From: a virus
Direction: 5' to 3' (one strand)
DNA length: 26,167 nucleotides
Virus record (IMG/VR): IMGVR_UViG_3300025890_000012
Coordinates: 1 to 26,167 of that record
The translations under genes were made by a program, and so were the position numbers. Of this stretch, positions 1 to 7,331 are shown one piece after another. The notes under the pieces are model-generated. The model saw only the letters and a program-made list of their open reading frames with translations. It did not search any database and was not told the origin of the DNA. Numbering within the stretch: the stretch's first letter is position 1; every line of letters starts with the position of its first letter.

Positions 1-59
1 CTTGAGTCAATCTCTTCAAACCTGATCTCCCTGCCCCACACCTTCTTGGAGAAGGCATC
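1..59. repeat. Terminal direct repeat, copy 1 (circular assembly overlap)
   Basis: nt 1-59 (cttgagtcaatctcttcaaacctgatctccctgccccacaccttcttggagaaggcatc) are identical to nt 26109-26167. Confidence 0.95.
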
Positions 60-503
60 CAGATGCTTCTTGACTGTGTTGTACTTCTGCACTGTTCTGT
101 GACCAATAGGAAGTCCAAGTTGATTGGTCCTTTGCCCATCTGCAGTCTCCTTGATGAACTCCTTCACCCACTGGTTGAAGGTCAATGTTGCCTCAGACAC
201 TCCTTCCTTCCCATCCTTGTGTCTCTTGATTGCATCCTTGAATGTCAATGGAGTGATCTCCAGATCCTGAACCATCATCAGTGCATGGACCTTCTTGATG
301 TTGTTGATCTCCTCATCAAGTTCACCCTGAAGAACCACAAGTCTGTTGTTGAGTGGTTTGATCTTCTTGTTTTTTTTGTCCCATGCATTTGTGGGTGTGT
401 TGACTCCAGATGAGATCTTGATTCTTGTCCCATCAATTGTCATTCTGAGTTGAATGATTGACTGGACTCTGTCAGGGAAGGTGAGGAATGGTGTGATCTT
501 CAT
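1..503 (-). CDS. int: Tyrosine integrase, N-terminal part (ORF runs off the window edge and continues at 26108)
   Basis: Not in the ORF track because it is open at the edge. ATG at 503-501. Translation is MKITPFLTFPDRVQSIIQLRMTIDGTRIKISSGVNTPTNAWDKKNKK...HLDAFSKKVWGREIRFEEIDS, which overlaps the start of ORF 25301..26149. 503+808 nt = 1311 nt = 436 aa plus stop. The layout resembles the arm-binding plus SAM-like N-domains of Bacteroidota-type integrases (from memory, not searched). Confidence 0.85.
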   Translation of the reverse strand, partial: MKITPFLTFPDRVQSIIQLRMTIDGTRIKISSGVNTPTNAWDKKNKKIKPLNNRLVVLQGELDEEINNIKKVHALMMVQDLEITPLTFKDAIKRHKDGKEGVSEATLTFNQWVKEFIKETADGQRTNQLGLPIGHRTVQKYNTVKKHLDAFSKKVWGREIRFEEIDS

Positions 504-509
504 TTTTTC

Positions 510-532
510 TGTGGGCCATTTTGTGGGCCATT
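510..532 (+). promoter_or_regulatory. Two arm-type direct repeats TGTGGGCCATT (510-520, 522-532) abutting the int start codon
   Basis: Two exact 11-mers with 12-bp spacing. The same 9-mer core recurs three times at 752-793. They lie 7-29 nt upstream of the int ATG on the other strand. Confidence 0.7.
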
Positions 533-595
533 TTTGCGTGTTTATATAACCGCCAAAGATACACAGTTTTCTTCCATGTCCCAAATGCTCTCACG

Positions 596-604
596 TTATC
601 CACA
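596..604 (+). promoter_or_regulatory. Perfect DnaA-box consensus 9-mer TTATCCACA
   Basis: Read directly (gTTATCCACAgtc) in the non-coding attP arm. It is a single copy, so chance is not excluded. Confidence 0.3.
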
Positions 605-611
605 GTCATAG

Positions 612-628
612 CAGGGCATTCAGGGCAT
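612..628 (+). repeat. Tandem direct repeat CAGGGCAT x2 (612-619, 621-628), candidate accessory (Xis/IHF-type) site in attP
   Basis: gCAGGGCATtCAGGGCATaa, read directly. It lies between the arm repeats and the core. Confidence 0.4.
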
Positions 629-635
629 AAAGCAT

Positions 636-668
636 AAAAAAACCCCAGAAACACTGAGGTCTCTGGGG
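636..668 (-). terminator. Rho-independent terminator (minus strand) just 3' of the tRNA-like segment
   Basis: 7-bp stem CCCCAGA (643-649) / TCTGGGG (662-668) with a 12-nt loop. On the minus strand it is followed by a T7 run (636-642). Confidence 0.7.
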
Positions 669-678
669 AGTCATAAAG

Positions 679-702
679 TAGCCCGTAGGGGATTTGAACC
701 CC
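679..702 (-). other. tRNA 3'-end-like segment (T-arm plus acceptor strand), candidate attP core
   Basis: The minus strand reads GGGGTTCAAATCCCCTACGGGCTA. This is a GTTCAAATC T-loop motif followed by a 7-nt acceptor-like strand. There is no matching 5' acceptor half, D-arm or anticodon arm upstream, so it is a fragment and not a gene. Confidence 0.6.
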
Positions 703-751
703 ATATCTGAACACCCTGAATCCATTGACAACTCACAGATTGTTGACACTG

Positions 752-795
752 TGTGGGCCAATATGTGGGCCAATCATCAGATTGTGTGGGCCATT
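752..795 (+). promoter_or_regulatory. Three arm-type direct repeats TGTGGGCCA (752-760, 764-772, 785-793)
   Basis: Exact 9-mers in the same orientation as the two copies at 510-532, on the opposite side of the tRNA-like core. Confidence 0.7.
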
Positions 796-848
796 ATTGA
801 TCTGGAGGGGTTCGAGTCCTGATGGGAATCACACCCCTGCAAAGATAC

Positions 849-866
849 AACTTGACAGTGTCAACC
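849..866 (+). promoter_or_regulatory. Late box copy 1: AACTTGACAGTGTCAACC
   Basis: 13-bp palindrome TTGACA-G-TGTCAA with conserved asymmetric flanks. It ends 34 nt upstream of the ATG at 901. Confidence 0.65.
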
Positions 867-900
867 TCTCCTGATCCTTCATTGGAGAGTTTTGTCCTCA

Positions 901-1341
901 ATGGATGACAGATCAAAGAAGAGACTCAAAGACACCAAAGTTGGCAAGTGGTTGAGGGAGACCTCACCCAAGGTCCTTGACCTTGTTGGTCACTTACTTC
1001 CTGACAAGGGAGTTCTTGGAGTTGTCAAGAACATGGTTGACAAAGATCCTGAGATCACACATGATCAGAAGATGGATCTGGAGAGACTCATGGAGCAGGA
1101 GAAGACCAAGAGATGGGAGTCAGACAACCAATCAGATTCATGGTTGGCCAAACACACAAGACCACTCATTGTCTTGTCACTGGTTGGTGTCCTCTTCATC
1201 TTCATCATTCTGGACTCACTGGACATTGCATTTGATGTCAGGGAGTCTTGGGTGTCACTTTATGAGGTCCTGATCTTGACTGCAGTTGGAGGATACTTCA
1301 CACTCAGATCTGTCTTTGATAAACGAAACAACAGACCATGA
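901..1341 (+). CDS. Membrane protein, possible holin-like (hydrophilic N-terminus, two C-terminal TM helices)
   Basis: ORF 892..1341 in the track starts at TTG; the first ATG is at 901. Hydrophobic stretches are PLIVLSLVGVLFIFIILDSL and WVSLYEVLILTAVGGYFTL. The stop overlaps the next start (ATGA at 1338-1341). The functional guess rests on layout only. Confidence 0.55.
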   Translation: MDDRSKKRLKDTKVGKWLRETSPKVLDLVGHLLPDKGVLGVVKNMVDKDPEITHDQKMDLERLMEQEKTKRWESDNQSDSWLAKHTRPLIVLSLVGVLFIFIILDSLDIAFDVRESWVSLYEVLILTAVGGYFTLRSVFDKRNNRP

Positions 1342-2354
1342 GTCCAAGACCTCTCTCAGTTGCATGGGCCTATGTGCAGGATCTCCTTCACAAGCACCCC
1401 AACACACCATCATTGACACTGGCAAAGAAAGTCCTCAAGGACAATCCTTCTCTCTTCACTTCAGTGGAGTCTGCAAGGACTGCAATCAGATACTTCAGAG
1501 GAGCAGTTGGGAAGAAGGCAAGGAAGAATGCAGATCCAAAATTGTCCAGACCATTCAATGAATCAATGTTCAATCCCTTTGGAATCCCTGAGACTGATGA
1601 GGTTGAATATCTTCCATTTGTATTGCCAGAGGAATGTTCAAGGATCTTGTTCCTCTCAGACATTCACATCCCCTATCACAACATCTCTGCACTGACATGT
1701 GCATTGGAGTTTGGAATTGAGAGGGATGCAAACACTATATATCTGGGAGGAGACTTCCTTGACTTCTATTCTCTGTCATCATTTGAGAGAGATCCAAGGA
1801 GAAGGAGATTCTCTGAGGAGTTGGAGACTGGAAGAGAAGTCCTCCAGATCATCAGGAGAGAGTTCCCAGATGCAAAGATCTTCTATCTCATTGGCAACCA
1901 TGAGGAGAGATATGAGAGATACATGAGGATCAAGGCACCTGAGTTGTTGGATGTGGAGGAGTTCAGGATTGACAAACTTTTGAAGTTTGATGAACTGGAC
2001 ATTGAGTTGATCAGTGGCAAGAGAGTCACAAAGGCAGGGAAGTTGAACATTGTGCACGGTCATGAATTTGGCAGAGGAGGTGCATCATCTTCAGTCAATC
2101 CTGCAAGAGGTCTCTTCAATAGGGCAAAGACATCCACCATCTGTGGACACCATCATCAAACATCAGAACACAATGAGAGGGATCTCAATGGGGACATGAT
2201 CACCACTTGGTCATCAGGTTGTCTCTGTGAACTCTCTCCAGACTACATGCCAATAAACAGATGGAATCATGGCATGGCATTCATTCAAATAGACCATCAA
2301 TCTGGTTGGTTCAAAGTAGAGAACAGACGGATCATAGATGGTGAACTAATCTAA
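1338..2354 (+). CDS. Calcineurin-like metallophosphoesterase with an N-terminal extension of about 100 aa
   Basis: All five MPE motifs occur in order: LSDIHIPYH (DxH), GGDFLDF (GDxxD), GNHEERY (GNHE), VHGHEFG (GH), CGHHHQ (GHxH). Confidence 0.85.
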   Translation: MSPRPLSVAWAYVQDLLHKHPNTPSLTLAKKVLKDNPSLFTSVESARTAIRYFRGAVGKKARKNADPKLSRPFNESMFNPFGIPETDEVEYLPFVLPEECSRILFLSDIHIPYHNISALTCALEFGIERDANTIYLGGDFLDFYSLSSFERDPRRRRFSEELETGREVLQIIRREFPDAKIFYLIGNHEERYERYMRIKAPELLDVEEFRIDKLLKFDELDIELISGKRVTKAGKLNIVHGHEFGRGGASSSVNPARGLFNRAKTSTICGHHHQTSEHNERDLNGDMITTWSSGCLCELSPDYMPINRWNHGMAFIQIDHQSGWFKVENRRIIDGELI

Positions 2355-2370
2355 AAACAAACACACAAAC

Positions 2371-2535
2371 ATGGAATCATTTTTCATTCAAAACTGGGGT
2401 GAACTCCTCATTGGTATTCTTGCATTTGCAAAGGTTGTGGTGAACATCACACCAACAGAAACGGACAACAAGATCTTTGGTTGGTTGGACAGTCTGATCA
2501 ACATGATCATCTCAGACAGACGGTCAAAAAAATAG
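2371..2535 (+). CDS. Small (54 aa) single-pass membrane protein
   Basis: Below the ORF-track size cutoff. Translated by hand: MESFFIQNWGELLIGILAFAKVVVNITPTETDNKIFGWLDSLINMIISDRRSKK. One N-terminal hydrophobic helix. Starts 16 nt after the MPE stop. Confidence 0.5.
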   Translation: MESFFIQNWGELLIGILAFAKVVVNITPTETDNKIFGWLDSLINMIISDRRSKK

Positions 2536-2714
2536 TGCTCAACTTCAGGTGTCCCACATGTGATCTGGAAAGATCAGAGAACAAGGTGACAACCAAATAT
2601 GTGGAAGGACATGGGATCTGCAATGCAGTATTCTGTGAAGAGTGTGAGGATCTGATGGTGTTGACCAATCCAAAGGAAGGTGCACCTCAACACAAGGACA
2701 CAACCCACTGGTGA
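2535..2714 (+). CDS. Small Zn-ribbon-like protein (CxxC...CxxC)
   Basis: ORF 2481..2714 in the track. A GTG at 2535 abuts the previous stop. The cysteine pairs are CPTC and CEEC. The start is uncertain. Confidence 0.4.
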   Translation: MLNFRCPTCDLERSENKVTTKYVEGHGICNAVFCEECEDLMVLTNPKEGAPQHKDTTHW

Positions 2715-2772
2715 CTCATTCCCATTTGGTCATGCCATTAGGTGAGTTCATTCACTTTTCTCTCATTGGTGA

Positions 2773-3180
2773 TCAGTTGATCAGGTAGTCCTCAAGGATC
2801 TGAACTGCATGATCATATCCCTTTGCAATGGTTGCCTTGAATCCTCTCTCTGAGAGGTCCTCCTTCCATTGTTTCTGATGTTTGGACACCACACCTCCCT
2901 TCTCCCTCTTCATCTCAATAGAGAGTCCGTGATGGACTCCTCTTGGTTCATAGATGAACACATCAGGGAATCCTCTTTTGTATCCAGTTGCTTTGATCCT
3001 TTTGGCTTCAGAGATTGATGTCCTTGCCCCTCCTGCAGATGCACACCAGAGAATGTCTGGATGTTTGTCATCAATGTATTGAGTGAAGTTCTTTTGAATT
3101 TCAAACTCACTCCCAATGCCATGTCTATTCTTGGCAGATCTTCTCTTCCTCAATCCCTTTGTGTGAAGGTTGATCCCCAT
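2773..3180 (-). CDS. VRR-NUC (PD-(D/E)xK) nuclease
   Basis: GFPDVFIYEP...LSIEMKREKGGVVSKHQKQW matches the D...ExK core and the G-x-S-x-x-Q-x-x-W tail typical of VRR-NUC. Overlaps the endolysin 3' end by 31 nt. Confidence 0.7.
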   Translation of the reverse strand: MGINLHTKGLRKRRSAKNRHGIGSEFEIQKNFTQYIDDKHPDILWCASAGGARTSISEAKRIKATGYKRGFPDVFIYEPRGVHHGLSIEMKREKGGVVSKHQKQWKEDLSERGFKATIAKGYDHAVQILEDYLIN

Positions 3181-3575
3181 TTGTCCACCACATCAAATGA
3201 TGGACATGCCTTGTTGCTGAACTCATTGTGACCATAGATGGACACTGGTCCAAAGATGTCTCTGAGTTTGTCCACCAATTCAAAGAATGCACACTCCTGC
3301 AGATCAGTCATGGTGTCTGAAGGAGATCCATCTTCAATCCCTCCCACATAGCAGATCCCAATGGTCTGATTGTGACCTCTTGTGTGGGCACCTTGTTTCC
3401 AGATCGGTCTTCCCCTCTCCACTGTTCCACATCCATCATTCAGGATGACAAAGTGGTATCCAATATCTGACCAATTTCTTGGTGGTGAGGTGTGCCACTT
3501 TCGGATTGTCTCTGTTGAGATGTCCTGACCTTTGTTTGTAGCACTGCAATGGAGAATGATCTGATTGAATTTCAT
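3150..3575 (-). CDS. N-acetylmuramoyl-L-alanine amidase endolysin (T7-lysozyme/PGRP type)
   Basis: MKFNQIILHCSAT...YGHNEFSNKACPSF carries the His/His/Cys Zn-ligand pattern of Amidase_2. The start was chosen at the ATG at 3575, which overlaps the upstream stop (ATGA). Confidence 0.85.
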   Translation of the reverse strand: MKFNQIILHCSATNKGQDISTETIRKWHTSPPRNWSDIGYHFVILNDGCGTVERGRPIWKQGAHTRGHNQTIGICYVGGIEDGSPSDTMTDLQECAFFELVDKLRDIFGPVSIYGHNEFSNKACPSFDVVDKWGSTFTQRD

Positions 3576-3751
3576 GGGAGGAGTTGTTTCAACCAGAGAC
3601 CAACTGCAAGAATGAATGCCCCAATCCCACTCCACCACTTCTTCTCCAGACCATTGATCTTCTCATCATGTTGTGCAACCATGCCAGTGACATGATCCAT
3701 CTTCTCCTCCAATCTTGCAAGGCATGTGATGATTTGATCTTGTTTGTCCAT
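3572..3751 (-). CDS. Putative holin (59 aa, coiled-coil N-terminus, one C-terminal TM helix)
   Basis: MDKQDQIITCLARLEEKMDHVTGMVAQHDEKINGLEKKWWSGIGAFILAVGLWLKQLLP. Translationally coupled to the endolysin. The start was chosen at the internal ATG at 3751, downstream of the late box. Confidence 0.5.
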   Translation of the reverse strand: MDKQDQIITCLARLEEKMDHVTGMVAQHDEKINGLEKKWWSGIGAFILAVGLWLKQLLP

Positions 3752-3787
3752 GTTGTGGTGAATATCAGTTGAGGAGTTGTTTGATCT

Positions 3788-3805
3788 GATTGACGTTGTC
3801 AAGTT
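3788..3805 (-). promoter_or_regulatory. Late box copy 2 (degenerate): minus strand AACTTGACAACGTCAATC
   Basis: Matches the consensus at 15 of 18 positions, including the AACTTGACA half. Fills the gap between the tail-fibre stop (3807) and the holin ATG (3751) and ends 36 nt upstream of that ATG. Confidence 0.5.
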
Positions 3806-3806
3806 C

Positions 3807-6800
3807 TTAGTTGGTCCAATCGTGTGTGATGTTTCCTGATCCAGTTCCAACATCTTGCAGAGTTGTCAGAGTTGTCTCCTCTCCACTGAAGGCACCAGTG
3901 TTTGACACCATGATCTTCAGATCACATGGGGCAGTTGTATTGGATGCATCAATGATGATCCTTGCAGACTCAATTGCCTTTGCACTGAAGAATTGAATCT
4001 GACACCAGTTGTCGTCTTGTTGTGACCTACCAATTCCAGATGTTGACCATCCAGTTGAGGTTGATCCATCAAAGGCAGTCCATCCTGCAGTCCCTTGAGT
4101 TGATGCATATCCATGAGATATGACAAAGTCTGACAGTCCTGAACTGTTTCCAGTGCCACTGGTTGCATTTGTAGTTGGGTTGTCTGTCCCTCCTCTGTTT
4201 GCTTCAGTGTATAAGGCAACCTCCATCACCTTGATTGGCTTGGAGATATTGTTGCCACTTGTAGTGTCAACCACTTGCATCCTCATGTACTCCCATGTTG
4301 AAGTTTGTGCAGGTGCAGTGAGATTGTCTGTCCATGCACTACTCTCAGACTTCCCTGCAGAGACTGCAGTGATTGAGAGAGTGTGTGTGTTGGTGTTTGA
4401 TGGATGTGTGAAGGTGACAACTGCACCATTCTGTGTGAAGGATGTCCCAGACAGAACTGTTGATCCATTGGATGTCAACTTCAAGACTGGAATGTATGTG
4501 GTCACTCCATCATAGTTGGTTGCAGTCCATGTGACTGTTGATCCTTGAGTTGGTGTGTCATCATCCACTGCCCCAGTTGGGGTTGTGGTTTGTGAGGTTC
4601 CTGCAGGAGGATCAATGAATGTGAATGATCCAGATCCATTTGTGCTCAATACCTGACCAGAGGTGCCATCTGCCAATTGTGAGAGAACTCCATTTGATCC
4701 CAAGACCATCAACTTTGATCCACTTGCAGGATGTGATGTCAATGATGATCCAACAAAGGTCTTCAAGGCAAGAGTGTCTGTCCCATTTGTGTCTGCCCTT
4801 GCACGGTCAATATCACTCTGATGTTCATCTGATCCTGCACCAATAGGTGCAGAGATTCCTGCAATAGGTGCAACACCTCCAAAAGTTCCTTGAGGTCCCT
4901 TTGGTACTTTGTCTTCATCTTCACTGAAGGACAATCTCTCTCTTCCAATCAACCATGCATCCACATTGTATCTGCAATCTCCTCCAATGTGGTTGAGTCT
5001 TAATGGGGCAAGATATTCCTCCACATCTGCAGAAGTTGAACAGTTGTGATGGATCACTGAGAGGATGTCAATTGGTGCATTGTATTCTGCAGTTGTCTTG
5101 ACCTGAGGAACTATGTCTCCCCTCTGCACATAGAGTGCCCTTCCCCTTTGATAGAGTTGTTCTCTGAGCATTGAGAACTGAAGATCTGTGTCTGTCTCCA
5201 GACCATCAATCTCATCTGTGATGGAGTTCCATTCTGGAGTTGAGTTGATGAAGGGTGTGACAGTAGATCCAAGATATGAAATTGTCTTCACTGCTCCATT
5301 TGATCCTGCCCCTCCAGATGCGTAGTTGCTACCAACAGTTGTTGATCCACAATCCAGATATTCAGTGTTCTCAGTCTGTTCCACAAACATGTCCCAACTG
5401 GCATCATCTGATGCACTTCCAAGGATCACTCTCAATCCATCAATTCTGTCTTCAGGTGCACTCAGATTGAATGAACCAGTGTCTGATCCAGTGTGGTCAT
5501 AATCAACAATTGCAACTGAGTCAAGGATGTTGTCAAGTTCTGGGAATGTCTGCTTGACAGTTCCATTCCTTGTCAGGACAATTCTCTCCACTCCAATTGT
5601 CACCCCATCATAGGATGAGAGGTTGTCTGGAAGAGGAAGACATGCAAATTCAAAAGCATGTTCAACATCAGTCCATTGTGTGTCATTGACTCGATATTCA
5701 AACTCACCATCCTGAGTGGCCCTGATATGAAGTCCCCCAACTCTGCTCCATCCACCACTTGACTCCACCTCTGCAGGAGGAGTTGAAGAGGTCCAAGGAA
5801 CTATGACATCAAAGAACTTCTCATTGGTTGACCATGAGGGAGTGTCCAAGAAGATTCTGTGAAAGTTGATGTTTGGATCTGTGAGGTCTCCATTGAATCC
5901 AGTTGGCATGTCAATGTGTGTGACTGCACTGTCCACACTGTACTCACTGCCATAGTAGTATGGAGTCCCTGATGCACTGTTGATCTTGATCTTGAATCTC
6001 AACAAGATCCTTGCACCAATCCGATCAGTTCCAAGATCGAATCCGTTCCCAAGAAGTGCAGATCCAAACTCTCTGACCAGATCTGTGGAGTATGTCCCAC
6101 TCAAGGTGAGGATCTCTCCTTCACTCACAACAAGGTCTTGATTGCCAAATGTCACAACACCACTTCCATTGTTGGGATAGTCAAGATAGAAGTTCCTTGG
6201 AGGTCCCAAGACTGATCTTGTTCCTGCATCTTCAAATGTCAAGGTGCACCTCTTGATGGGGAGGAGATAGGAGTTGGACCATCCAATTCCAAGTGCATGA
6301 TCTGCATCAATGTCATGTCTGAAGTTCACGTCTTGATAGGTTGACGTGTCACCATTGACAATGCCTCCAACAAGTTGTGTCTGTATTGTCTCAGAAGAGA
6401 CTTGTGACCTGAACCAACTTTGGACTCTCAATGTGTGACTCCAGTTGAGTGCATTGGCAGGGAAGAACCAGAATGAAGATCTTGCCATTGTGATCCTTGC
6501 CCCAAATGCATTTGCAATGTTCTCAAGGACATTCTTGCAGGAGTTGAAGTTTGGAGGTTGTTTGATCCTCCTTCCATATTCATCCTCATCAACGTCTCCT
6601 CCATCACTAAAGGTCAAAGAATTGACCACTGTCCTCTCAATGACTGAGATGGGGAACGCATCCCCTTCTGATGATGCAAAGGATGAGTATGTCCCAGAAA
6701 AATGATCTTTACTGAAACAATCCACCACTTCCCTCATCTGAAAGTCTGAGTTGGACCAGAAGGTTGCAGTTGGGATCTTATTGATGCAACGTGCAAAGAC

Positions 6801-7328
6801 CTCTGCAATGGAGGCATCATCCGTGTAAACTGAACCACTATTCCTGAACTCAACATTGGACAAACGGTTCAGACCACAATTGGCAACCAGTGTGACCATG
6901 TATGGTCTGTCTTGTGTCTCATAGACTATTGCCTCATGATTGAGACACCCCACCCAATAGGGAGACCAGTGTGTCCCTCCATTGTCATAGTAGAGTGCAA
7001 TTCCAAGTCTGGCATCATTGGCACCCTTGATCACTGACTTCAAGTTCTCCATCTGGGAAGTGTTCACAATCCATGTGACCTCACAAGATGAAGGAATGAT
7101 TGATCCTCCAACATGATCTGTTGGTCCATCCCAACTGAGATTGAATCCATCAGATGTCAGTTCAGTGTCAAGGATTGTGGATGATGAGATCCCAAAACCA
7201 GTGTGACCACTGGCAGTGTCTGAGTCAATCAATTCAACTCTCCAGTGTCTGCCTCTGGCATCATAGAACTCTGATTTATATCTGGCCCTCCAATTGCCTG
7301 TGCTCGTATTTACTGCTTGTGTTGGCAT
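3807..7328 (-). CDS. Tail-tip / tail-fibre (host-recognition) protein, 1173 aa, C-terminal discoidin-like carbohydrate-binding domain
   Basis: Lies immediately downstream of the tape measure gene. Has a Ser/Thr/Gly-rich fibre-like middle region (GTSGQVLSTNGSGSF). The C-terminus ...GWTAFDGSTSTGWSTSG...DNWCQIQFFSAKAIESARII... resembles F5/8 type C domains (from memory). Confidence 0.7.
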   Translation of the reverse strand: MPTQAVNTSTGNWRARYKSEFYDARGRHWRVELIDSDTASGHTGFGISSSTILDTELTSDGFNLSWDGPTDHVGGSIIPSSCEVTWIVNTSQMENLKSVIKGANDARLGIALYYDNGGTHWSPYWVGCLNHEAIVYETQDRPYMVTLVANCGLNRLSNVEFRNSGSVYTDDASIAEVFARCINKIPTATFWSNSDFQMREVVDCFSKDHFSGTYSSFASSEGDAFPISVIERTVVNSLTFSDGGDVDEDEYGRRIKQPPNFNSCKNVLENIANAFGARITMARSSFWFFPANALNWSHTLRVQSWFRSQVSSETIQTQLVGGIVNGDTSTYQDVNFRHDIDADHALGIGWSNSYLLPIKRCTLTFEDAGTRSVLGPPRNFYLDYPNNGSGVVTFGNQDLVVSEGEILTLSGTYSTDLVREFGSALLGNGFDLGTDRIGARILLRFKIKINSASGTPYYYGSEYSVDSAVTHIDMPTGFNGDLTDPNINFHRIFLDTPSWSTNEKFFDVIVPWTSSTPPAEVESSGGWSRVGGLHIRATQDGEFEYRVNDTQWTDVEHAFEFACLPLPDNLSSYDGVTIGVERIVLTRNGTVKQTFPELDNILDSVAIVDYDHTGSDTGSFNLSAPEDRIDGLRVILGSASDDASWDMFVEQTENTEYLDCGSTTVGSNYASGGAGSNGAVKTISYLGSTVTPFINSTPEWNSITDEIDGLETDTDLQFSMLREQLYQRGRALYVQRGDIVPQVKTTAEYNAPIDILSVIHHNCSTSADVEEYLAPLRLNHIGGDCRYNVDAWLIGRERLSFSEDEDKVPKGPQGTFGGVAPIAGISAPIGAGSDEHQSDIDRARADTNGTDTLALKTFVGSSLTSHPASGSKLMVLGSNGVLSQLADGTSGQVLSTNGSGSFTFIDPPAGTSQTTTPTGAVDDDTPTQGSTVTWTATNYDGVTTYIPVLKLTSNGSTVLSGTSFTQNGAVVTFTHPSNTNTHTLSITAVSAGKSESSAWTDNLTAPAQTSTWEYMRMQVVDTTSGNNISKPIKVMEVALYTEANRGGTDNPTTNATSGTGNSSGLSDFVISHGYASTQGTAGWTAFDGSTSTGWSTSGIGRSQQDDNWCQIQFFSAKAIESARIIIDASNTTAPCDLKIMVSNTGAFSGEETTLTTLQDVGTGSGNITHDWTN

Positions 7329-7331
7329 GTT

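Noticed and set aside
63-413. 116-aa plus-strand ORF antisense to the integrase N-terminus
   Set aside because: It lies opposite a well-supported gene. The TA-poor composition removes TAA/TAG stops in all frames. The Cys/Leu-rich nonsense-like sequence has no motif.
472-714. 80-aa minus-strand ORF in the track
   Set aside because: It runs through the arm repeats, the terminator and the tRNA-like core of attP and overlaps the int start region in another frame. Its sequence is low-complexity with no motif. It is best explained by the scarcity of stop codons.
636-790. Possibility of a complete tRNA gene in the attP region
   Set aside because: Only the T-arm/acceptor 3' half is present on the minus strand. 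The expected 5' acceptor complement (AGCCCGT) and an anticodon stem are absent upstream.
809-819. Second tRNA T-loop-like motif GGTTCGAGTCC on the plus strand
   Set aside because: The flanking bases cannot form a T-stem (AGGGG versus CCTGA). No acceptor, D or anticodon arms could be drawn. It is probably chance or a decayed remnant.
2715-2772. Expected bidirectional terminator between the convergent plus cassette and the lysis operon
   Set aside because: Only a 4-bp stem (GTGA/TCAC) could be drawn, which is too weak to call.
6341-6355. GGTTGACGTGTCACC, a near late box lacking one central base, inside the tail-fibre gene
   Set aside because: The half-site spacing is wrong (12 nt instead of 13), the right half is imperfect, and it lies in the middle of a long ORF. 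Likely chance.
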